A DNA stretch of 64,000 nt from Paraspadella gotoi (taxonomy: Eukaryota > Animalia > Chaetognatha). This document shows positions 34,256-45,704 of the stretch, piece by piece; within the stretch, counting starts at the first letter, position 1; each line of letters starts with the position of its first letter. A program made the position numbers and the translations under genes. The stretch is from NCBI GenBank assembly GCA_051294375.1, contig CM119271.1, positions 4,607,353 to 4,671,352 of the forward strand. Direction: 5' to 3'. A model generated the notes under the pieces. The model had not been told where the DNA came from. It ran no database searches and saw only the letters and a list, made by a program, of their open reading frames with translations.

Positions 34256-37200
34256 ATGGCGGCGACGAGTTTGTCGGAATTTCTCTCAACGACTTCGGCC
34301 CATGGTCTCGGCAGAATGACGTCGTCGTATCCAAGGTAAACTTTAGCTCGAGCATCTAGAGAAGCCGAGCGACCATGACGGCGTTATTTTAGTCAACCAA
34401 AAAAAAAACAACAAATGTAACCAAAAAATATATTCAATATATATTATCCAAAAAAAACCAAATAAAAGAAAAAGCCGCCGCAATCTCAACAAGAATTTGC
34501 CTTAACGATCATTTAAATATTTACTATTTATTTATATAAAGTTTCCGAATATTTTTTAACTACACTTACCTGGAATTGAACAACACTCACCTTCAATCAG
34601 GCGCCGACGAATCGTCTGGTTTCTCGTCTGCGTCGTCTGCTATTTTTACGTCCTCTACTCTGTCATATTCAATATCATTGGTTTTTCGATCCTACAGAGA
34701 ATTACGCTCAGGTAGTCGTCGTCGTCGTCGTCGTCATCTTCGTAGTTGTCATCTTCGTCGTCGTCGTCGTCGTCATCTTCGTCGTCGTCATCGTCTGTTA
34801 TTTTTATGTCCGCTAACTCTGTCATCAAATATCGATGAGTTTTTTCGATCCTACAGAAAATTACGTCAGGTAGTGTCGTCGTCGTCGTATCTTCGTAGTT
34901 TGTATCTTCGTCGTCGTCGGTCGTATCTTAGTCGTGTCGTCATCTTCGTCTCCAGTCCGTCATCGTCTCTATCTTCGTCGTCATCGTCGTCGTCATCTTC
35001 GTCGTCGTCGTCATCTTCGTCGCGTCATGTCGTCATCTTCGTCGATCGTCGTCTGTCGACACGTCGTCGTCGTCGTCATCTGTCGATCGTCGTTCGTCAT
35101 TCTTCACGTCGATCGTCACGTCGTCGTCATCTTCGTCGTGTCGTCATCTCGTCGACGTCGTCGGTCGTCATCTTCGTCGACATCGCGACATCTGTCACAT
35201 CTTCGTCGACGTCCGTCGTCATATCTTCGTCGACTGTCGTCGTCATCTTCGTGCTGTCTCTGTCAGTCCTAGTCGTCATCGCGTCATCATCTTCGTCTCA
35301 TCGTGTCGTCATCTTCGTCGACGTCGTTCGTCGTATCTTCGTCGTCTCGTCATTTCGTCGACGTCTTGTCGTCATCGTCGTCGATCGCGTCCGTCTTCGT
35401 CGACGTCGTCGTCGTCATCTTCGACGTCGTCTGTCATCTTCATCGACGTCATCGTCGTCATCTTCGTCGTCGTCATCTTCGTCGACGTCTGTCGTCGTCA
35501 TCTTCGTCGTCGTCGTATCTTCGTCGTCATCGTCATTCGTCGTCATTATCGTCGTCGACGTCGTCGTCGTCATCTCGTCGACGTCGTCGTCGTCATCTTC
35601 GTCGTCATCGTCATCTTCGTCGACGTCGTGTGTCTCTTCGTCGACGTCGTCGTGCGTCATCTTCGGTCGTCGTCATTCTTCATCGACGTCATCTGTCCAT
35701 CTTCGCGTCGTCATCTCTCGTCATCGTCATCGTCGTCATCTTCGTCTCGTCGTCTTTCGTCGTCATCGTCATCGTCGTCATCATCGTCAGTCGACTCGTC
35801 GTCGTCATCTTCGTCGACGATCGTCGTCGTCATCTTCGTCGTCGTCGTATCTTGTCATCCTGTCGTCATGTCGTCTTGATCTTTCGTCGTCATCGTTCGT
35901 GTCGTCATCTTCGTCGTTCGTCGTCATCTTCATCGCTCGTCATTCGTCGTCATCTTCGTCGATCGTCGTCTCTTCGTCGATCGTCGTCGTCGTCATCTTC
36001 GACGTCGTCGTCATCTTTCATCGACGTCATCGTCGTCATCTTCGTCGTCATCGTCATTCTGCTCGTCGACGTCTCGTTCGTCGTCATCTTCGTCGACAGT
36101 CGTCTGCTCGTCGTATCTTCGTCACTTCGTCGCGATCTCTCGTCGACATTGTGATCGTCATCTTGTCGTCGTCGTCATCTTCGTTCCTAGTCGTCATCGT
36201 CGTCATCATCTTCGTCGTCACGTCGTCGTCATCTTCGTCGACGTCGTTTGTCGTCATCGTCGTCGGTCAGTCGTCATCTTCGTCGACTCGTGTTTGTCGT
36301 CATCTTCGTCGACGTCGTCTTCGTCGACGTGTCGTCGTCTCTATCGGACGTCTCGTCTCGTCATCTTCGTCTGTCATCTTCGTGCGACGTTCGTCGTCAT
36401 CTTCGTCGACGTCGTCGTCGTCATCTTCGTGTCGTTCGTCATCTTCGGCGTCATCGTCATCGTCGTCATCATCGTCGTCGACGTCGTCGTCGTCTCTTCG
36501 TCGACGTTCGTCGTCGTCATCTTCGTCGTTCATCGTCATCTTCGTCGACGTCGTTGTCGTCATCTTCGTCACGTCGTCGTCTCATCTTCGTCGTCGTCGG
36601 TCCATCTTCATCGACGTCATCGTCGTCATCTTCGTCGTCGTTATCTTCGTTCTCATCGTCATCGTCGTCATCTTCGTCGTCGTCGTCATCCTTCGTCGTC
36701 TCGTCATCGTCGTCATCTCGTCGCGTCGACGTCGTCGTCGTCATCTTCGTCGACGTCGTCGTCGTCGTCATCACGTCTCTTGTCGACGGTCGTTGTCGTC
36801 ATCTTCGTCGACGTCGTCTTCGTCGACTTCTCGTCGTATCTTCGTCGTCGGTCGTCATCTTCGTCGCGTCATCTCGTCGACGTCGTCGTCGTCATCTTTC
36901 GCGTCGTCGTCATCTTCGTCAGTCTCGTCATTCGTCGGTCGTCGATTTCGTCGTCGACGTCGTCGTCGTCCTCTTCGTCGTCGTCGGTCATCTCATCGTA
37001 GTCATCCGTCGTCATCTTCGTCGTCGTCATCTTCGTCCTCATCGTCATCGTCGTCATCTTCGTGTCGTCGTTCATCTTCGTGTCTCTTCGTCGTCATCAT
37101 CGTCGTCGACGTCGTCGTCGTCATTCTTTCGTCGCGTCGTTCGTCATCTTCGTCGTCATCGTTCCATCTCGTCATCGTCAGTTGTCGTCATCCTCGTCGA

Positions 37201-40200
37201 CGTCTCTTCGTCGACGTCCGTCGTGATCATCTTCGTCGTCGTCGTCATCATTTCGTCGTCGTCCATCTTCGTCGACGTCGTCGTCGTCATCTTCCGTGTG
37301 TCGTTCGTTCATCTTCGTCGTCTTCGTCATCGTCGTTCGTCATCGTCTGTCGACGTCGTCGTCGTCTATTTCCGTCGTCATCGTCATCGTCGTCTCATCT
37401 CGTCGACGTCGTCGTCGTCATCTTCGATCCGACTCGTCGTCACTCGTCGTTCATTCGTCGTCATCTTGTCAACGTCGTCTTCCGTCAAGAACTTTCCGCT
37501 GTCTTTAATCTCTTCCCACTTCCTCGAATCCAGCGTGATGCACGTGGAAGATTTGCGCGGTCGCGTCTTCCCCGTCGCCATGGAAACCACGCCTATTTTC
37601 CCGCATCATTTTCTGCATTCCGCGTGCGCTACCTAGCGACTGGCGCTCCTACAGCCGAGTCCGTTTGTCGGTCTGGCCGCCAAGAACTCGACTCCCTTCG
37701 AGTTCGACTTTCGACCGACGCTTTTTGACTACAGCGTTTTTTACCGGCGTTTCAGGGGATGGACGCCTTCTACGGACTGTGTCGGGTGAATTAGAGAAAG
37801 ATTAGAAAGATTAGTGATTTCCTTTCCTTATCTCACATACACATACATCCTAAGGGAGTGGTCTTTTCATACAATTGAAACATTCTTTGAAATATTATAC
37901 CACTTTATTGATAGGGAAACCAGGTACTCTGAGAGTGAATAAACGTGACTGTGAGAAAGTCTTGATTGAAAGCTTGCAGGGACCTGCTATGTCATTATCT
38001 TGTAAGAGTGATGGAGGCCTTAAACCACTAAAGCCTGTCCAAGGTCAGGCGCAAGATAGCTTATTCATTAAATTAATGGATAATAAATATATTGGTTGCA
38101 CCAATTTCATACAAAATTAAATGAAAACATCAAAATTCAAACTTCAACTTTAAAAATTACTATTTAATTTCGGAAATTTTTTATAATATTTAATTTTTTC
38201 GTTAAATTTAACTCAGAAAAAAAAGTAATGATTGAAACAACTAAATTACTAAATATTCGATTATCTCCTTTTTACTTTGATCCTTATTTACCAGTGGATG
38301 CCCACCGGCGCCAGCTTCGTTGTTCATTGGGCGGATTCCGTTGATGAGATCGACTTCTACATTTCCGCCGGCGCCAAGCAGGAACTGCCCAGCAGCGCCG
38401 CGCAGGAATCGCCCAGCAGCGCCGCGCAAGGATCGCCCAGCAGCGCCGCGTCGGAAGCGTCCGCTGGTTTAGAGACCGATCCGTCTTACCCGCCCGTTGA
38501 CGCGAGGTTTCGAAAACGATGACTTCTTAGAGAAATAATTAATTAATTAATTAATTAATTATTTTTTAATTATTTTAATTATTTTATTAATTAATTTTTC
38601 AGGAGTCTCATTACGTTAAGTTAAGTTAAGTCAGTTTTTCATTCATTCATTCATTCATTCATTCATTCAAATTGACTTAACTGACGAACCGACTGAAACG
38701 TAATGAGACTCCTGAAAAAAAGTTATCAACTTTTATCTCCAAGCCGCCTTAACGAAATTTTTCAGGACGAGAACGACCATCCGTCGCGACTCGAAAGCCG
38801 TGGGTCTTTACATCGACAGCGTTCAGAGAATTCGCTTCATCGACGGGCCCGCGACTAACTACACCAAAGACTTTCCGAAGGAGTTCGTGCCCGAGTGTCG
38901 GACGGGCCTGTACGATAAAGCCAGGTGACAAGGTCGAGTCTCGGTCTCTATGTTTATTTGGGAAAGAAATAGGAAAAAATAAAATAAAATAATACTATTA
39001 TACCATACATCAATATTACATATACAATTATACATACATGTAGATATGGCGAAAAGTAATGCACAACATCTCCACCCGCCGTCCGCCTTGGGGACGCACA
39101 GCAGGGGAGACGACCACGAACTCTTTGCTCGTTTGGCGACGCCTAGGGCGACGAGCTTCTCGAGCTCAGCTTTTGCGACTGCGAGTTTTTTCCGGAGGCA
39201 GTCGGCGAGCCCTTGCTTGGCAGGGCCTCCCGAAGGTCGGGATGTGGTGCCTGACTCCGTGCTTGGGCGCCTTGATCTCGAAGGTTGGTGTCGCGAGCGT
39301 TGGATATTGGTCGAGGAGTTGGTAATAAACGTTGTCAGACTCCTCAATCAGATTGACGTGAGATGGTGGAGAAACTTCTGAGACGTCACACGAGATGGTG
39401 GAGAGGTCCCTGAGGTCGATGAGGGTGCCGTCCCTATGATTCGGAGCGAGATAAAATTCGGCCAGAAAGTCGGCCCCCAGTATACTCTGGGTTACGTCGG
39501 CCGCGATAAAAATCAAATGAGAATAATCTAGTGCCGAGGACAAACTCGGCGGCGGACAACGCCGTACGAATTGATGGGTGTGCCATTGGCCGCCTGGAGT
39601 TTAGGTCCGGTCGGGCCTTTGACTCGCTGAGCGGCAGTCGGGGAACTAAGGAAACGAGGGCGCCGCCGTCGACGAGCCATTTGCGGCCGTCGGTGGCGTC
39701 CTTAACATACAGTAGAAAATTGTCCGGTGAATCTTTGTCATCGCGGGGCACAGCGTTCACCTGTGCTGTCCCGCGGCGTCGTTTCCCGCTGACGCTCCTT
39801 TTCTGATCTCGGCGTTCACCTTTCCGCGCGCAACCAGGTTCGCAGCGAAACGCAGCATCGCCGAACTTTAGATGCCATCTGCATATTTGCTTGAGGCGCG
39901 CGCCTGGAGGTCGGGTGCCAGTCGACGGCCCGCTTGGTGCGCTACTGCGCCAGTTGTTCGATTGCGGTCGCTTTTTGTCGCGGCGCTGACTCTGGACGGC
40001 GCTTACATCGCGTCGTTCTCGCGTCGGATTCGCTGGTGACGATGTCGAAGTTCTTGATGGCGGTGGCGGCGTTTATCGTCGAAGACGCGCCGCGAGAGTT
40101 GGCCTGCCTTCCGAATCAAAAAATTTGTCGGCGGCTTCCGCCAACTGCGCCGCCGTCCATTCGTCGGCCTTATCCTCCAAAGGATCGGCGCGTATCTCGA

Positions 40201-42671
40201 TGGGGAGACCTCTGATAACGGTCTCTTTCTTGATGTCGTCTATGGTGACCGATTTGATCTTTTCTTCCATCCTGGCAAGATGCTGAGATGGTCGTAAGTC
40301 GTCTCTGGCGATGCCGTCGAGGAGTAGGGCGGCTTGCTGGCGGCGAGTGGTCCCGTACTCCTTTTGGAGGTAAGCAATGAAGTTCGTCCAATTTGCCTCT
40401 GACGGCTCGCCGTACAAAAACGCGTTGATGCGTGGATTGGCGTCCACGCTAATTTTGGACTCCAGATGTGCAAATTTCTCCTTCGCCTCTTTAATGTTGG
40501 CGCGGACGAAGGCAGCTTCGACTCGACGAATCCAAATATCAATGTTTTTCGAGTCGAATGCTGGAAGCTCCGGTTTTTTCTTTTTCTCCAGAGCTTTAAG
40601 TGCCGTGGCCAAGGCTGCGCGAAGCGCCTCGGTCTCGTCGACGCTGGAGGCGGTCGCCATGGCGCTGGGAGAGCGAAGGGTGACGTGCGAGCGGCGAGGG
40701 CTCTGAAGTTTGGTGACGTAGGCGGAAAGGCAAAAAACCTGTTGCCTGGTGACGTCGGTGGAAAAAGGAAAGCTGGCGCGCCTGGGTTGATGCCTGGTGA
40801 CGTTTCTCGGATGCGCGGCCTCGACCGGCGCTCTTGGGGACCGTTAAAGCGGATTGTTGGCGCAGGCGGAGGACTGGCGAGTCTCTCGAGATTCGCTCAT
40901 TGATAGTTGTAGATAGATTCGTTCAGAAGGTTGGAAATAAATTCGACGTTGGGATCATCAATGTAGATATGGCGAAAAGTAATGCACTTTGACGCCAGAT
41001 CCTGAGGACGCGTTTCGACGAGCAACTGGAGGTGTTAGAGGCGCTCCGAAGGTCGCAGTGAAGCGGGAGACTCTGGGGACGTTGACCGGAAGTTACGCCA
41101 AATTTGGCGCGCGTGGCGTAAAGGAATCGGGAGGCGAAGCTTCGACCGAGTTTAAAAATGGAGTAGTCTCCAGAGTTGATTGTAAAAGTTTCAGAAACCA
41201 ACTTATTTGGTTATTAGCATAAAAGAAAGAACCTTAATAAAATAATCAAAGCATATAGATATTCCATCTGCTTTTGCCATCAAGCAATTAGAATATCTAT
41301 ATGAAATAACAATAATGCAATTAATTATTGGATTAATCATAACAATCAATAATAATGAAAATAGTGAAACGATTGTTGAGACTACTCATAGGTAAAACAT
41401 TGCTGAGTAGTTCTGGCAAGTTCTATAGTTTGTAAATAAGATTTAGAAGCTAGATGGAATAGATATCAACTAGAGGAATCAGCTGATAAATCGAATTGAG
41501 TCGGGTGCTCATTTGTTTATGAAAACAAAAGATAAAAGAATTCAAATCCCACATACACACGTATTACAAATGCATACTAATATACTTATACATACTTAAT
41601 TATTATATATACATATACTACGACACACTTCTGGTTGAAAAAAAGAAGACTATGCCATGGTGGACTAATTAATAATTATTCGCGTTTCGCCGAGATTGAC
41701 AATGTCGCAATCTTGCAACAATCCCGCTATCTTTCATCCTTCAGCGACGATAATGCTACATTCTTGCAACGTTCCATATCCTCCTTCAGGTGTTTGGACG
41801 AATGCGTGAAGAAAAGAAGCGTCGGAATGACCCTCTCCGCACAGTGCGCGGCTTGGAGGAAGTCCATTCTGCAACATCAGAGCGTCGTCTGTCAGTCGAA
41901 TTGGAGTCGCGTCTTGCAGGAGACTCTTTGCAAATCAGAAACGAAGCACCCCGTCACTTACCCGACCTTCAGACTTTGTGATTTCGGACGGATATCGCTA
42001 GATTGCGATCAAGAATTGATGAACGTTTCCAAGTGAGTTATATTTACGTTCTAACAAAAAGACTCATTACGTTTGTTCGAAAATATTGTTCTCCTCGTGA
42101 ATATATAAACATTTTTTTTTTAATATGAAACCCGATACCGAAAAGTATGTATGCAAAATTCAGAACTTTTTCTACGCAAAAATACAACTTAATACTAAAC
42201 AACAACTTAACAACAAATACTGATATAACACTTATTTCCTCTTTTTTTTCATTTTTTATACTGGTCAAACGTAACACGAAATTGTCCGTTTTCTCTCGAA
42301 GGCTCTGCCTCGATCTCTGCAAAAACCGCGTCTTCCAGGACGCCATCCACTTTTCGACGAGACGCTTGAGCGACGATGAGATCTTCCACGATTCTCTGGA
42401 CGTGTGGACGGGACCCAACCGGACGCTCCTCTGGTTCATCACCCTCGACGTCAAGATGACCGTCTTCGAGCAGAAGCAGAAACTCAACTTCGAAGACCTC
42501 GTGGGAATCCTCGGCGGGCAGTTGGGGTTGTTCGCCGGAGCCTCCGTAATCACGCTCTTCGAGTTTGTGGAGTTTGTGTGGGATTGGGGGTGGAGGAAGT
42601 GTGGAAGGAAGAAGGGTGCGGGGGGAAGTGTGAGAGAGGCGGAGGAGGGGAGGAAATGTGGGGGAGAGTAG
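34256..42671 (+). CDS. DEG/ENaC (degenerin/ASIC-like) channel subunit; exons ~34256-34335, [TM1 exon not found], ~37534-37785, 38295-38506, 38767-38924, 41790-42032, 42302-42671
   Basis: N-terminal EFLSTTSAHGLGR (HG motif); TGASFVVH (palm strand, cf. GARVMVH); YDKARCLDEC and further Cys of the thumb; FEQKQKLNFEDLVGILGGQLGLFAGASVITLFEFVEF (TM2 with GAS filter). The exon at 37.5 kb has an in-frame TAG and a probable 1-nt deletion. Confidence 0.85.
34715..37480. repeat. ~2.7-kb (GTC)-derived satellite, consensus ~GTCGTCGTCATCTTCGTCGAC (21 bp), noisy
   Basis: Motif recurs throughout with scattered indels; generates the 1050-aa low-complexity ORF. Confidence 0.9.
37851..38111 (-). mobile_element. 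Half copy of MITE family A
   Basis: Reverse complement of ~11072-11335. Confidence 0.8.
38595..38719. mobile_element. Small MITE/hairpin with 23-bp perfect TIR and internal (CATT)n
   Basis: TTTTTCAGGAGTCTCATTACGTT ... AACGTAATGAGACTCCTGAAAAA. Confidence 0.7.
39039..41200 (-). mobile_element. Internally deleted Ty3/Gypsy LTR retrotransposon, CsRn1-like (gag, protease, start of RT), antisense in a DEG/ENaC intron
   Basis: Gag LPAFDSKNIDIWIRRVEAAF (40073-40660); CHCC knuckle CRWHLKFGDAAFRCEPGC (~39835-39890); protease LVDGGALVS...ILGADFL; RT start HHIPT..ARRL..SSWSSPLLCVPKADGGWR; 26-bp LTR-end direct repeat at 39039-39064 and 40962-40987; degenerate tRNA-Trp PBS; frameshifted. Outer LTR boundary uncertain. 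Confidence 0.9.
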
Positions 42672-42876
42672 AGGGGGATTGAAAATTTTTATGAGAATAT
42701 TTTTTATTTATTTTTTTTATAGCTAATTACTACATCGAGCTGAATTAATTCATCGTTCGTCTTTCGGAAATTTTGTACAAAATTGGCTGAATGGGCTTGG
42801 AGTTAAGGAAATTGTTACAAATTCTTTGACGGATTATATTATACCAAATAACTATACAAATAAACAATTTCTCTAT

Positions 42877-42920
42877 GGCGCTGAAGAAGGCTTGTAAATT
42901 AAAGCCGAAACATGTACGTC
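42877..42920 (+). ncRNA. Minimal type I hammerhead ribozyme motif (CUGAAGA variant)
   Basis: ggcg-CTGAAGA-A-GGCTT[gtaaatta]AAGCC-GAAA-CATGTA-cgtc: stem I ggcg/cgtc, 5-bp stem II, palindromic ACATGT, GUA triplet; followed by an AATAAAATCGTTG tail like the other PLE-type copies. Confidence 0.78.
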
Positions 42921-43704
42921 CCTATGTACCAATAAAATCGTTGTTGTAAACAAATTCAAACTTCTTCTACTAACAAATATCTCAAAAATAGATCTAGAAA
43001 CTACTTCTTATTTTTCCAATATCCACTTATGTAGAAATGGGATGTACACTCGTGATTGTAAACTACATAGTTAAATCATTTTTTTAATTTTTTATGACGA
43101 CGCTACTTTGTGAGACAATATCAAAAAGCCAATAAAAACCCACACTCCAGAAAATCATTCAACCAAATAATCTATGACCATTAACTGAACGTCATCTACA
43201 CAAGACGTGAACCGCTCGTTGTTTCCCACGTTGCGATTTTGATCGATAATTTCCAATATGGCGGCGACGCCTGGCAGACGGCGGGAAAATTAGCTTCGAG
43301 AAAAAAAAACGAAGAAGCGTCTCTTCGTCGAGAGGCCTCGTCGTGGAGAATCTATGTCGGTAACAGGCCTCGTTGTGGAGAATACCAGACGATGCTTGAC
43401 GACATCGAGTCTCGTAGAAGAAAAAAAAAAAAAAAAACAAGAGAGCAGCTTCCTTAATTCAAATATTTCATTAATCCTAATAACTCGGGAATTGTTCCAT
43501 CTCGCCGACAAATATTTTGCTTTTAATCTTTTTTTTTTCTTTTTTTATTTCTTTCCATTTTCCATGATTGCTCTGTCGGGGTCTGTCTTTCTCTCTGTCT
43601 CTCTTGCGCTCTTATTTTCGCCCTCACTTCATTATCCTTTTTTTTTAGTTGAATCAGCAAACTCTGTCTCTTCTCTTTCTCTCTTCTCTCTCTATCTATC
43701 TATC

Positions 43705-43819
<115 letters not shown>

Positions 43820-45437
43820 CCACCAATTAAAGGTTGAAACAAAAGATCAATTTTCTGAACCACAAAGTTCAGTTTTCCGCTTGGAAGCGCCATGAGAAGC
43901 ATTCTTCACGGGATGGAATATGATGTGAACTCATGGCTTATCACAATGCCCCAATGTAGATATGCTGGTTTCTGGATTTTGTGGAAAGAAATAATAACTT
44001 CTTTATTAAATATTAATTTAAAAAAACGACCTCGGCGATTCAAAATTTAAAAAAAACAATCAGAGCGAAAGTCCAAACTAAACTTCACGAAAGACAAAAG
44101 CTGAGAATCGTTACTAAACAAAAAGAGAAAAATAGAAACATGAAAAACGGCGAGAATTAAACAAATTTAAAAAAAAAAATTAAAAAAACACGGAGATGTC
44201 GAACCGGAAATTAACTCTGGAACCGGAAGCGGTCGTCGGCGGCGGCGGCGGCGGCGGCGGATTCGGAAAATCGTCACGCGCGTCGATAGAACGAGATGGA
44301 ACCGAATCACCGGAAATTCCATTCATCAGAACCAAATTACATCCGGAGTCGGTAAACGTCCATCGTTTGCCGACGTCGAGTGGTCCGTTGGTGACGGTTA
44401 TCGGTGGAGCTCGTCCGCTTGGGTGATGGGCGAGTTAGTTCACGCCGAGTTCAAACTCCCTTTGTGAGTTTCGGAAATTGAAATGTCTGTAAATTTTTGA
44501 ATCATTGTTCACGCGTTGTAAGAGCCGAATTCCCATGCCGTACTAAACGAGTTTTGTCCTCATCAATATGTTTCTCCCCGTTATGTAATCACTAATCAGT
44601 AATCAGTAATCAGTAATCAGTCATACTTTCGTTTAACCTTTATTTAACCTTTAGTAATAACAATTAAATCCGAACTTGCATTACTCCCAATTACAACGCA
44701 ACAACCATTGTTTTCGATTACATTCGGACTCGACCATTAGGTCTAATTATATCCTGGTTTTTTTTTTCCAACGGGGAAAGTGGCAGGTTATTTCATTAGC
44801 GGAAGTGACGGGGTTGTTTTCGCTCCGGCGTCCGATGACGGGGATTAATTTCTGTCGGGAGGAATAAAAGGAAAGTTGATTGCGTTTTTTCTTTCTTTTT
44901 TTTCTCTCTCCTTTTTTCTTTCTTTTTTTTTTTTTTTAATATAGTGAGAAGAGAATTTACCGGAGGGACATAGAGTCGGGCGGCATTCCACGCAATCATC
45001 GGATTTACTAGAAAAGATAATGATTGGTTATTGGTTGGCGTTGGTTATTGGGTTAATAGCGAACCAAAGCCTCGCCAGATGCCGTTTGGTCTTTGTAAAA
45101 ATAATTATCTCTTTGTTCAATAAGAAAACCATATGGGCTCACCTCGTATGCTTGGAAACCGTAACCTAATTTACATCTTCCCCGGCAAGCGTTATGTCAG
45201 TACCATGGGGCGATTTGAAGTTTTAAAGCATTTTTAGAACCGTAAGTCATAAGAGCCAGCGCCAATGATCACGAAACAGCTTTGACTTGTCGGCAACCTT
45301 TCGGCAGATGGTCCCGAGTTACGTGTTGTGTTCCGTCTTTGTTACTTCCCTTTTATGCTCATCTCTCTGCAAGACTGCTCTCTTCCCAAAGCGCTTATTG
45401 AAATCGCTCTCTCTTCAACATCGCTCTTCTCTTAAAA

Positions 45438-45478
<41 letters not shown>

Positions 45479-45624
45479 GAGATTTACTTTCTCTCCTGGA
45501 ATCTCAACTCGCCATCGCGTCTCTCGATCGACGGACATAAAAATTGCGACGCGAAAGCGACATCGGTGTGGTCATCGTCCACTTTGTGAACAATGGAATC
45601 TAACTCGTTTTCGGCTTCTCCTCT

Positions 45625-45704
<80 letters not shown>

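Noticed and set aside
34576-37728. 1050-aa ORF
   Set aside because: Arises from a stop-free (GTC)-based satellite; composition switches between poly-S, poly-R and poly-V with indels, with no domain signal.
44180-44490. GC-rich possible exon
   Set aside because: No recognisable motif or consistent splice partners.
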